A stretch of 64,000 nucleotides of DNA from Takakia lepidozioides (GCA_030704615.1 CM060733.1:58652001-58716000), one strand, 5' to 3'. Positions 40,620 through 52,947 are shown, counted from the stretch's first letter. The notes: generated by a model from the letters alone, not told the origin. Translations and numbers: made by a program.

Positions 40620-42215
40620 CCAGATTCATCCAAGAGGGATGGATATCAGGCACAATAGTGCCCATGATTCCCTGTGGATTAATAGCTACATGAAACCTGC
40701 ATGGGTAGATGATCAACTGGAAACAGCGGCAGCAGCATATTTGAAATCAAGTGCTCCACCATGGTCACAGCTTCCAAGGGAGGACCAAGAGAGGGAGTCC
40801 ACAATACCGCTTCTGGCGCTTCTAGCACTTCTGGGCACGTCAGGATGCTATGTGAGGCAGGGCAACTGAAAGAGGCTCTACAGATTTTGAAGGGTTTCAG
40901 CAGATTCAGCAGATTCAGATACTTATGTCTGTCTCTTGCATAAGTGCATCAAGATGAAAGGCCTAGAAGCCGGAAAACAGGTGCATGCTCACATTATCCA
41001 AAGTGGATTCAAGCCCAACGTTTTTCTATGCAACACCCTTGTTAACATGTATGTGAAGTGTGGGAGCATTGTGGATGCACACTGAGTGTTCAACAAAATG
41101 CCTGAACAAGGTGTGATCACGTGGAATATAATGATGGCTGAACGAGATGTGATCTCGTGGAACGCAATGATCACTGGATATGCTCAGCGTGGGTGCGGGA
41201 TGAAGGCTTTGGAGACCTATGAGCAAATGATTCAGGAAGGGTTGAACCCAGACCAGGTCACATTCGTTTCCATTTTCAATGTGTGTGCAAGCCTGGAAAA
41301 GGGCAAAGAGGTCCATGGTGATATCGTCAAAGCTGGAATTGTACCAGATGTCATTCTAAACAATGCCCTCATTGACATGTATGCCAAAGGCGGAAGTACT
41401 GAAGATGCAAAGGGAGTGTTCGTCAGGATGGCTCAACGACATGTGGTATCATGGAGTGCTATGATTGCAGGATATGCACAACATGCGTGTGGGATTGATA
41501 CTGCCAATGTGACAACAAGAAAGTATCCCGAAACAGGTAACATAGACGAGGAGAAGCTGTGGAATGAATACTTTTCTGACCCCAGTCAATGGTGGCACAA
41601 TCGAGGCAAGAAGATGAATGTCTGTTAGATTACAGAGAGTAGCAGGCGCAATTGAGCATAGGAACTGTGGAATTTATAGCCTCCATTCTTCTAAGTTTAC
41701 TTTCTCTACTGTCCAAAAATCAATCAGAAGGTTCATGGATACAGCAGGCAAGGGTACCACCAACAGTTTGGAGGCTGTGATGGCTGCATATGTGTGGGGA
41801 AAAAGAAGCTCCTCCTGGAACAGGAGTGAAGGTTGACAGCATCCGCAGGCAAGTCATGCACCCTTTCATGTACCCTCCTCACAGACTTTAAACCAAGGAG
41901 GCATTTCAGCAGATTCAAAAATGTATGTCAGAGCAGAAGTTGCGAGATCTGCTGCTGGACTTAGGGTGCAAGCAACAGGTGCTTGGCATTCAGGTGTATG
42001 CCTCTACCTCAGCCAACAGGAATGTGATACTCTTGGATTTTGGATGCTGTTGCTATCCATCTATGCTGCAGCTGGTAATTGGGATAATACTGCAAAGGTG
42101 AGAAGAATGATGAAGGTTAGAGGAGTTAGAAAGGAGCCAGGTCGCTGTAGAAAAACAGAAAAGGAATTTTCTGTTTGCCACCACAGTGAGAAGCTGGCCA
42201 TTAGTTTTGTGTCTG
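40620..42215 (+). pseudogene. PLS-class PPR pseudogene 2 with PDF motifs and E/DYW-domain remnants
   Basis: In order: IHPRGMDIRH...LWINSYMKPAWVDDQL, PLS motifs with stops, LWNEYFSDPSQWWHNR (~41557-41605), LLSIYAAAGNWDNTAKVRRMMKVRGVRKEPG (E domain) and HHSEKLAISF (DYW remnant). Confidence 0.85.
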
Positions 42216-42547
42216 GAGACGAAAGTAGTGGATCTGCCAACATCCAGTCCAACAGGTGAAGTCCTGGCAGAACGGGAAGAGGAGATTTCAAGTGCCTGAA
42301 TATTAGGCAAGAGGAACTGACCCTACTAAAATGAAGTTGACTTGAAAGTTAACTTGGAAAGCTGATGTGTCCAAGGCCATGTTGGAAGAATGCAGAATGT
42401 CCAAACAACAGTTAGGCATAAAACCCTGAACTCATTTCCGGTTTGTAACATGGATGAGTGAAGGGCAGCCTTGACACTACTGTAATTTTAACTCAGGGTG
42501 AGGTTCAACCTCGAAACTTTCAAAGTTAGTAAACAGAGGTACATGCG

Positions 42548-43900
42548 TATGAGCAAATGATGCGTGAAGCCCAACCACATCACGTTCGGTTGCATTTGCA
42601 ATGTGTATGCAAGCCTGGGAGCCCTGGAAAAGGGGAAAGAGGTCCATGATGACCTCGTCAAAGCTGGAATTGTAGCAGATGTCATTTTGAACACTGCCCT
42701 GGTGGACAATATGTATGCCAAATGTGGGTGCATTAAAGATGCAAAGGCAATTTTCAACAATATGCAGGCTGAATGACATCTTCAGAGCTGGAATCGTACC
42801 AGATGTGATCCTGAACAATACCTTGGTGGACATGTATGCCAAATGTGGGAGCATTGAGCAAGCAAAGGGGAGTGTTCGACCATATGGCTGAACGAAATGT
42901 GGTGTCATGGAACATGATGTTGCAGAATATGCACAGCAGGGGCGCAGGATGGTGGCTTTGGAGACGTATGAGCAAATGATGTGCGAAGGAGTGAAGCCTA
43001 GAAAGGGGTAAAGAGGTCCATGGTTGCATCGTCAAAAGCTGGAATTGTACCAGATGTCATCCTGAACACTGCCCTGGTGGACATGTATGCGATGTGGGTG
43101 CATCGAGGATGCAAATGGAGTATGGCTGAACGTGATGTGGTGTCGTGGAATGTGATGATTGCAAGATATGCACAGCAAGGGTGCGGGATGGAGGCTTTGG
43201 AGACCTATGAGCAAATGATGTGCGAAGGGGTGAAAACCAACAACATCACGTTTGTTTGTGTTTGCAATGCGGAACGCGATGCTTGCAGGGGTATGCACAG
43301 CAGGGGCGCGGGATGGAGGCTTTGGAGCTCTATTCCAGAGTTTATTGAGCCTGTCACAGGCTGTCATTGTCAGCTGCTAGCAGCAAGGCAAGGATGTATG
43401 CATGATTTGTGCAGAGGCATGGATAGTTGAAGGAGCAGGGATAGAGTGTGGGTCCAGATTCATCCAAGGGGACCGGACTTCAAGCTCCAGATTACCTATG
43501 ATTCCCTGTGGATCAATAGCTACAAGTAACCTGCATGGGTAGATGGTCAACTAAAGGCACGTATGTTTGCATTTGCAGTGCGTGTGCTAGACTGGCAACC
43601 CTGGAAAAGGGGAAAGAGGCCCATGGTGACATCATCAAATCTGGAATTGTACCAGCTGTCATTCTGAACACTGCCCAACGCGATGCTTGCAGGGTATGCA
43701 CAGCAGAGGCGCGGGATGGAGGCTTTGGAGACCTATGAGCAAATGATGTGCAAAGGGGTGAGGCCAACCACATCACGTTTGTTTGTGATTCCAATGCTTG
43801 TGCAAGCTTGGCAGCCCTGGAAAAGGGCAAGAGGTGCATGGTTGTATCGCAAAAGCTGGAATTGTACCAGATGTGATTCTGTACGATATCCTCGTGGGCA
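42548..43900 (+). pseudogene. Scrambled PPR fragments of the same family, with another PDF-motif remnant at ~43455-43550
   Basis: Repeated LEKGKEVH, DVILNTALVDMYA and [10 protein letters not shown] pieces in shifting frames. Confidence 0.8.
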
Positions 43901-44584
43901 GCATCACATTTAAGTTGAGCGAACCTGAAGCAAGCTTCTTCTTTTTTTGGTGGGGGGGATGCATTTAACTGTAAGTTGGAACACTAACTAACTGTTGCAG
44001 ACACTAACTGAAAGTGCAAGTGGGCAGGGCCCTAAGCACTACTCCTCTCTAAGTTGTTCAATTCAACCTGCTGATCTAACTACTTTTGTGGTTCTCTCGC
44101 TCACAGTGTCGCTTGCCCTAATGCCACTGGACAGTAAGTCTCAAACCCTGCACGAAGTCTTGAATATATAATTGTTTGAAGTGACGTGACATGTGCAATT
44201 AAGATGGTCATTTCCCAAGGGTAGTTGCAAAACAAGCCAGTTGTGAGATCCAATCTTTGGGTACCCAAAGAATTACCGACTTACACACAATACACAAGCA
44301 AGGAAATATAGCCATAAGGTTTAACAGTGACATCTTGTTGCAAGTGCAGGTGGAGCAGAAAAAAATATAACATATTGTTGCATCGCACTTTGCACCTAAC
44401 TTCCCAACAAAGCAGTGTAGCATCAACCTCGGTCTGAGAGAGACAACCACAGTTCTATAGATTAACGTGATTAATTTTACAGTCGCACTCTTAGGGTTTA
44501 ATTCTCCTCAAAAATCCACCGATATATACTTTCAGCTACCCCCGCCTCTCTATCTCTCTCTCTACACCATACATACAAACAACC

Positions 44585-45319
44585 ATGTCAACATCAGAAA
44601 TAGCCGACACAATAGACACTGTAACAGACAAAGACATAACCCACCAAGACATGACAAACGTGATATACGACAGTTTCGCGTCCAATGACCACCATGCCCT
44701 TAAGGTGGGGAACACGTGGAAACGCCTGCCCAACAGTACAAACTTCCACAGCACCTTGTGGAACGTCCCTTCGGACCGTGAAGAAATAGCAATCTTCGTA
44801 GGTATTGCAAAATTCCCCTACCTTGGCAAAACCGGGAATTACAGATTCGTGACTTTCGCCGAAGAACTAAAAGACGCAAAATTCACAATATTGATAGAAG
44901 ACAGCCATTTCCAGTTCGACTATGCAAATACAATAACGGAATGGTCCGATCATTGGAAGAGGAGAGGCAAGGACACGTGGTGGATGGGTGAAAACAACAT
45001 GAGCTTCACGAAAAAGCTCCTAAAAAACAACACAAACAACTCTGGATCGACGTCCAATAACAACGAACGTCACAAAACAAACAATGACGGGATGTACAAT
45101 ACGATAGAAGTCCTTAACGAAAATGGCCAAAAAATGGATGGACAATCCGTACGTTCAGGGGATCTCGTTGCAATCAAGTGTAACATCCGATATTGGATGA
45201 ATTTCCGTCACAAGAAACACGGGCTTTCATTCCAATTAAAAGGGGTCAAACTGCTGGCCAAAGCACCAGAAGAGACAGAATCGAACGACGACAACTGGAG
45301 CAAAAGCATAGCTTGGTAG
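44585..45319 (+). CDS. Intronless 244-aa ORF, putative OB-fold single-stranded DNA-binding protein (T7 gp2.5/DUF2815-like)
   Basis: Clean ATG-to-TAG ORF. The C-terminal half EVLNENGQKM...VRSGDLVAIKCNIRYW...HGLSFQLKGVKLL resembles the gp2.5-type SSB pattern. It ends in an acidic tail and a terminal aromatic residue (EETESNDDNWSKSIAW). Confidence 0.55.
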   Translation: MSTSEIADTIDTVTDKDITHQDMTNVIYDSFASNDHHALKVGNTWKRLPNSTNFHSTLWNVPSDREEIAIFVGIAKFPYLGKTGNYRFVTFAEELKDAKFTILIEDSHFQFDYANTITEWSDHWKRRGKDTWWMGENNMSFTKKLLKNNTNNSGSTSNNNERHKTNNDGMYNTIEVLNENGQKMDGQSVRSGDLVAIKCNIRYWMNFRHKKHGLSFQLKGVKLLAKAPEETESNDDNWSKSIAW

Positions 45320-48300
45320 AGCTTAAATTAGACACTTCTAAACGTTCCATGTAAGGGCCACCATATTTTATAAAGACCATCCTCCTTCTCCTTTTCAAAA
45401 AGTCTATATTTTTCCAATGCATGCTCACAACGGATAATAAAAAAATACTGATTTATCATAGTCCAAATCTACTTGTTGTACCAAGATGACCCATGGAAAA
45501 CCCCTCCAACTCTCTCTCAAGTTCCTCCAGTATGGCCCATCCGTCCGGGCGTCCTTCTCAGAAGTCGTCGCTAGTAGTGCGGAGCAACGCGAAGCCCTAG
45601 TTCATCTATACAATTAGCTAATCCACTTTCTAGATCTAGCCCAATGGTAATGGGAACATACCACCTCGGAAGTGGCGTGGGTTCAATCCACCGATTGGTG
45701 TTACAAAGGTGTCCACCTTCATTTCTGCTAGAACGCAATTGTCGTTCGGGGTCAAGAGACCCCATAATCTACGCTTCCTTTGGGAGGCGTCATACATTAT
45801 AATATATTATCATTACCTATCGAAGAAAAAAAACTACCATTTGCTTTTGCGTCTCTTCAACTCTTCAACTGTCTTCGGCATCTGTCCTTTCTTCCCAAAA
45901 CTTCAATTGGTCTGGATTCCAGAAGACCATAGAATAATACAAAAACCCACCCACCACTCAAATATAGGCCATCTAGTTTGTAGGAAGGTCATCTTACTGT
46001 TGACAAATCCTCTCAAAGAAGACCACTTTGGAGAAGAGGTTGACTAAAGCACTAATCCTACCTATTGGATCTATCTTGCTTTAAACCGACTGTTCCTACA
46101 TATCTTGTTGGTGAGTTATAATAGCCATTGATATTCAATCCTACAGATGTCTTCTTCAAAACTTTGCATTCGCTACTATTTTTCACTTCAAGCTCAACTT
46201 AATCAAACTATTGGCTCTATGGTATCCTGGAATCCAACACTTGAGATAAAATAGAGAGTGGTGGAAGAAGAAGAGTCACATTGTCATGAAGTTGCATGCT
46301 TATAATAGGACAAGTACCCGTCATTGTTAATCAAACATTCATTTGTTTCCCTTCCTACAAAAGAAAGGTCATAATACATGAATACCATGAATGTGATTAC
46401 TCGTTTCACCAAATTTAGACAGAGGGTTGTATAACGAATACTAGTAATATGGTCTTCTTACATTAATAAATTAGATGGCATGTATTTGAGTGGTGGGCAG
46501 GTTCTAGTATTATGAGTGGGAGAGGAAGAGAGAGTGTGAGGACTATGACCAAAGCCGGCGTAATTAAGAGCCACTTCACTTTTCAGCTACTGCCCATATT
46601 ATTCACCACAACTATTATTTAATATATGTGTCCCATTTGCCATATATCTATGAACTTCAATTTTGGGGATATTGAGATGTATGTTTAGTAGTTTGATTAT
46701 GTCAAACATATAATTAGCCACTTACTACCTGGTGAGAAAGGGATCTTTGCAGTGGCGTGGTCCTTTCACGATCTTTGTGGCGTGGTCTTTCATGATCATT
46801 TCGATTGTGTGATTGTTGTGACTTGCATATCACTAGCTCCCGCTCGCTCCTCTTGGGTGTATCCCGCTCGCTCCTTTTGGATGTGTTGTGCTATCTTGCT
46901 CTTTGATTTTCTTTGTTTTGCATTTTCTGTAGTCATTGTCTTGCACCCGTCTTGCATTTGTTGTGGGGTCCAATGTCCTCGTCGACGTCCTGGCGGTGTT
47001 CTCTGATGCACTTGGCACCTAGCAGAGGAAGAGGGATTCCTCACCATTTAGGTGAGGCATACTCATGAATAAGGTTTTGCAAGTTTTATTTGTTTTGAGT
47101 GTTTGACATCTGTGGTGTAGTGTTATGTAGCGCTTTTATGGAGAGTGAAATATATCTTAGAGGTTGGTGCAAGCATAGGGTTTACTTGCGTCGGCTTCAG
47201 CCAACAGGACGATCGAACAAAAACTGTTTTGAAGAAGACGTTTGTACGTAGGATTGAATGTGAATGGATGTTGCCTCTTACTCAATTTTTTTTGGATTTT
47301 TCACTCAATTTGCGAATGTAGCTAGCCAGACCTTTTTTAATTTACCAAAAGCAGGATTGTAGTGGTAGGGAGGAGGAGCATGCATGTGGATATATTTACA
47401 TGACAGTGGAATTGTGACGCTGTGAAACCCTAAGGCCTCGACTAGAATAGACCTCAAATCGCAAGAGAGTCAAGTCAAGTCAAATGACTGATCGACCTAT
47501 CTTGATTGAACAAGACAATGTGTCACTCTATTGCCTAGGATTTAAAATTGTAAATTCATTCATGATGTCATGATGGCGATGGTTTTTGTAATATATGTTT
47601 CTTTGCCCTGCATATTCGTAGATCTTTAAACATGACGTACTGTGTTACTTAAAGATCATAAACTTTACTTCTGTCAATGTCATTTATTTGTTTTCTAAAA
47701 ACTTGAATCAAATCCATTGATTTCTCATAGATCCAACTCATTTGTTTTCTGAAAACTTGAAATTATCCATTTGTTTTGTCAGAATTGTACTATATATACA
47801 TCAGTTTTAAAGTGCAGGTTAGTATGAACTTGATGATACAATATCCTCATGAATGATCAGAATAATGTTTCTTTGGGCCGGCCTAACTGAAATTAAAGTT
47901 CAGTTCATGTCAGTGTCTGGTGATATTGCGCAAATGTTTGAGCCTCAATTGTTGTCTTTCATTTGCATGACAATGATCAAGTTAATTGAATCATCTTTTA
48001 ATCAGCTAAGTTATTCACGTGTTCAGTACAAATATTTTTAAGAACCAGGATTACGTTCAGTCTTTCATATGCACGATGTTGCTTAAAGTTGATCATAGAC
48101 TTGCTGTCAAATATATATTATTTTTTGAAATGTCGCCTTCATTTCAGATTCTGGACGTGAATTTGATCAGGGGGGTGCTATTCTGTGAGCCTGGAGGCGT
48201 GAGCCTGTGAGCCCAGGAAACCGTGAGCCCAGCACAGGCTCACGCCACGTCAGCATACATACAGGGCCTATTTCCGCGGGTTGATCAGCCATTTCCCGGG

Positions 48301-48394
48301 AATGCAGAGTGGATATGTTACATCCATTGTATCCATTGCATCCATGCAGACGTTATCAACATACCAAGCCCTCACAAGTTTATGTGGGTACGTT

Positions 48395-48665
48395 GTGAGG
48401 AGGTGCACACTGACATGATCTAAAGCGGAACCCTGCGAAATCTTTTCTTACTCACCACCCTTGCGAACATGCCAGGTATGTGCGGGAGCATCATGGATGC
48501 TCATTAGATTTGAGAATGCCTCACAGCTCTTTGATGAGGTGGACTTCACCGTGATGGATTCACCAACCATTCTTCTAGCATGAATGGTTTGGAGACCAAC
48601 GACCAAATGATGCGGGAATGCTGTACACGAACCAAAGTCGTTTGTTTGTTTTTGCAATGCACTCA
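48395..48665 (+). pseudogene. Highly diverged PPR gene fragment just inside the left end of the MULE
   Basis: aggtgcacactgacatgatctaaagcgga...cacccttgcgaacatg...tgcgggagcatcatggatgc...ttggagaccaacgaccaaatgatgcgggaa aligns by eye to ~34365-34635. Confidence 0.6.
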
Positions 48666-49244
48666 AGTCTGTGAGGTCCAGATAACACTAAATAGATTGA
48701 AGGAACAATCCGGACAGTCCATGCAACCCCCATCTCCAACAATAGTTTGTTCCCATTAATGTGCATTCCACGCACACATTGCAAACAGGACAACAAGGAG
48801 ACACAACCATCCCATTTCAAATTTGGCCCCGAATAAAACCAAAAGAAAACTTCATATCAAGTGTCACAGTCATCAGAATCAGTCTCGACCTCCTGTGCTA
48901 TGTCATCCACAAAGATTCTGGCCCCAGCACCACGTCTTCTACCACGGCCGTCGATGGGTGGACTCCGAGTGCCATGAACGGTCATGCTTGTTGCAAGTGC
49001 CTCCGCATAGACAGGTAGCACGCAAGACCAAGGAGGACTGGAAAGAAGTCCAAATAGGTGTGATAGCCCTGGAGGGCAAGTGGAAGCACGCGGACTCCTG
49101 CACATGTCGACAAAAACCCATTCAGAACACAATATGCAATACACAAGTCCAACGAAGATGATGTCTGTCATGTGAACTTTGCCTCAAGAAGAGTGATTCT
49201 CGATATTGAAACAACAAGCAAGCATCCACAGGTTGAACTTACTC

Positions 49245-52200
49245 ACAGGCAAAGTCGGAGTCCAGCTCCTTGTCAGAAGTCTCCTCTGTATCAATATCAG
49301 CGGGACGGGGCTTCGGAAGGACTTGAGAAGTGTGTCCACCCAAACCCATCAGGAGGTTCTTGTAAATCTCAGCATCCCCTTCAATCCCAAAGAGATGTCG
49401 GGCACTGGCCTTGCAAGCGTGGTACGAAGCACCTGCAGTGGAATAGAATGAAGGAAGCAGACATTGAAGACACATATGGAACGGTGGGAAGTACTGAAAG
49501 TGCAAGCTGAATCAAACCTCATGAAATCCGAATGTTGAAGAGACGAACCTGTGCCCATTGACAAATCCAGAACTCTGGCGTTTGTGTAGGTGCAGCACTC
49601 CACAATCGTTTGAATGAAAGCCGGGCTCCTCTCCCTTGCCCCTCTCCAAGGAACCCCATTCCCCCTTCGCAAGCAGACGTTGCTGTCGACGTAGTTGTGG
49701 TGCATGTCATCCGTTGGAGGATCTGTCCTGTCGTCTATGAACTTGCCCCCATAAGTGATGGCGAACTCCGAAATGCCGGCCGGAGTCGTTGGTGGATGCA
49801 CTCGGACGAGACAAACAGCTTCAAACAAACGAGTCTGCGAACAACACATCCAGAAGGAACTAAGAAGCTTCAAAAATCAGGCCCCTACATATGAGTTCGA
49901 GCGACCTACACAACTCCATCCGAGAACCACCAAGAAGAGGAAGAAGAAGGCAAATTTACCATCTCTCCCGGACGATCCCCCTTCGTAAGGTACATGCTGT
50001 TCACACAATTCCATGTCTTCAGGACTCTCATGCCCGAGGCTTTCAAATAGCTGGCAAGTGCACGGCGACAGCGAACGTCGGCGGACTGTATGAGCACCAA
50101 AACACCTGCATCGGACAGGAAAAAATTGCAAAAGGAGAAAACCCACCGCCAGTAGCGCTCATCAAAAGCATTCCAACCCGGACAAGCACCCGATGGAGGG
50201 ACATCCGGGACTGCCAACCCATCAGGGATGTCCAAGATTATGAGTTCGGCTGCATATTGCTTCCCGTTCACCCAGGATTTGGTCATTTTAGCCTGCAAAC
50301 AAAATTACAATGGAATACTCAAGAGGATTGAAACGGTCCATGCCCACTGCAGAGAAGAAGCAAAAGAGAACACGCACCGTGCCGAGGAACTCTACAATCC
50401 TCTCCCACACTGGTGATGGCTCGCCCTTCTAATCAGATTTCTTGGACTCCATCATGGCAAGGAATCCGACGTTGGCCATCTCCAACCTGGTAGGGCGAAT
50501 GACCCTCGTCGGATGTTCCACTGCATGGTACGGGTCCTTGGGATCAACCACCCCCTTGTTCTTTCTCACGGATCCCCTACCATGCGGTGGAGTCTGCTGG
50601 ACATGCACCACTGGGCCAATATCTGCAACACTTCCCTGCCCTTGTGCCACCTTCCCTCTACCCCTTCCTTTCCCCACAACACCAGCAACATCTTTCCCCT
50701 TTGCCTTTCTACCTCTACCCGGGGTATCCTGAGCGGGAGGCTCCTTCTCTGCAAGAGTCCTCAAATTTCGTTCATGAATGTCGAGGTCGGCTGCTGCGGC
50801 AGTGGCTGCAATTCGCTCATTCTCTCTCCTCAAAGACACCTCCGGAGCTGGGGTCTCAGAAGGAGGGCAATCTAAATACCAACCACAAGAAGAAAGATGG
50901 TCTGGGCCCCAGTCATGCAAGATCCCAGTAGTAAACATGGTCTGATTGCCAGCAGGGACAAGCCAGAGGTCCACGAAATCTGGATGTTTGTCCAAGCAAT
51001 TCTCTTCCATGAGAACAAACTTTATGTACCTGCAGGAACAAAGACAGCCTCATTATGCAATGCAATTATTGTCTCTCAGCTTTTCCATCACACCAGGAAG
51101 ACCCCCTTAAACTGTATGCGTCACAGTACATTGCAACCACAGCACACTAAGTAGCTTGAACGGCCCAGGGTGTGCACCTGTAAAGGCATCGTTTCCAGGC
51201 TTCCTCTCCTTTTTCTTGCTGGTCAAGGTCATGTGTTCGACTGATGCCACCCTCCTTGCTGAACTCTCTAAAGAAACAAGAGTGCCACACTGTGGCTCTC
51301 CATTTCCTCATGTATGCTTCGAAGGAGACCTTCGGTGCTGTCATAGTGATGCCATAGTCAGCCAGCTGAGTATGCAGAACCGACCATGCCCTTTCTTCCA
51401 ACTGCAAAACAATTCAAATGCAAGAATGAACCCAAAAAAATCACAGCGAATGTGAGAGGCAATGGAAAGAGAAGGACAGGAAAAGAGAAAAGAAAGTGAC
51501 ACAGGAAAAGACATCACACCTAGCTCCAGTAAGTGGCCTTGTGAAGCCATGTGTCTAGCACATTGTCACTGACTGGAATGACACGCTGGGTCTTCTTCTC
51601 TTTCTCCGGCCTGGGGAACATGTGGGTATCCCTAACTGTGGGATCGGAGTTCCATATCTGTAGCCACTTCACCTTCTGTTCTGAAGACACAACGGCGGTA
51701 GACAACCTGTGTAACTTCTCCTGGGCCATCTCTGGCTTGCCAGGCTTATTATAATGGTTTTTTATCTCCAAGAGAAACTGCGATCCGAATGATGGGTCGG
51801 CAATTCTCAACTGCTTCACAAAAGCACTCATTATAGTCCTTCTTGTAGCGGTCATATCTTTTTGGATGTGAGTCTCAACCCCCTTTGATGTCCTTCTCTC
51901 CTCAGGGGTTGACCTGTAGTATTCCAGTTTGCCACGCTCCCCTGCATCTGCAATGTCTTGCTGCAAGGGAATGCACGAGAGTTGCATCAACCCAAGGGCA
52001 AGGGAAACAAACAGAAATAAACATGTGGAAGCATGAATATGGAAAGGGCAGATGAAGGAAGATGTATCTCACCGTGTACATGTACTCCATGAAAGCCTCG
52101 CGTGTCAACGAGTACCACGTTTCCGATGTCTTGGAGCTTTCGCACTTCTTGTACGTCTCTGCTGAAAGGATGGTCTTGAAGTTGGTCAAGGGCATCTGCC

Positions 52201-52947
52201 CGATCCTTTGTATCCTATACAGTGTGTGAACCAGACTCGTTTTGACATGCGATGTCTCCGTTCCTCTGCAGAATGATATCTGAAAGTCAGAATGAAATTC
52301 AAAGACTTTAATCAAAGAACCACGGAACTACAAGTGGAACTTGTAGAATGAGAAACCAACCTGTTCACATCATTCATTGCCGTCAGAAGACCCATCATGT
52401 TCCCCTCACAATCCAGCACCATCGATCGAACAGAGTAATGCCACTCTTCCTCCTGTGAGTGCAGCCTCCCAATAACAGCCATCCATGCAAGCAATCGGTG
52501 GTTCCCATCCCAAACGTGAAACATCTTCCCCGAGAATGCCTGGGTGGAAGGTTTCCTGGAGAGAAGAAGTTCAAGGATTCGTTCACCTGTCTCCAAATAG
52601 GATCCCAGGAGTCCACGATTGACTCATCCACAAGGAGCTCATTGCCTGTGGAATCCTTTGTACAAACGTAAAACACTGCGGATCCATCCAAAAACAAACT
52701 CGGCCTCTAGCTTGAGAATGTCCTTGATGAGGGGTGGTCGAACGACGGGCATGAAAACCATCCTACACAGGGGAATCTTCAACCTCCCACCCGGGGCAAG
52801 CATACTTTGCACCACAAGCTGAGAGTTTACCTTCTGACCCCCCAACATCTCAGCGGCTTTGCTTTCAAAGAACTCATCGTCAACATCAACAATGATATCC
52901 GTCCCCAGCCCCGAAGGGATCTCCTCCGCCACACTTTGCATCTTCTC
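49245..52947 (-). pseudogene. Spliced gene fusing a ParB/Srx-like domain to a beta-class amino (N6-adenine/N4-cytosine) DNA methyltransferase; lesioned in this copy, 3' end unresolved
   Basis: ParB-like region IPLCRM..VRP...FHVWDGNHRLLAW. MTase motifs in beta order: motif IV-like ELIILDIPDG (~50240), then ERSPAFIQTIVECCTYTNARVLDLSMGT|GASYHACKASARHLFGIEGD (motifs X-I-II) across a phase-compatible GT-AG intron at 49548-49433. Other phase-compatible introns lie at 50377-50293 and from 49959. Frameshifts near 52690 and 52575; premature TAG at 50431-50429. Confidence 0.75.

Noticed and set aside
48857-49171. Minus-strand ORF as the last exon of the ParB-MTase gene
   Set aside because: The acidic end is plausible, but the most obvious acceptor is out of phase with the donor near 49246, so it was left out of the model.
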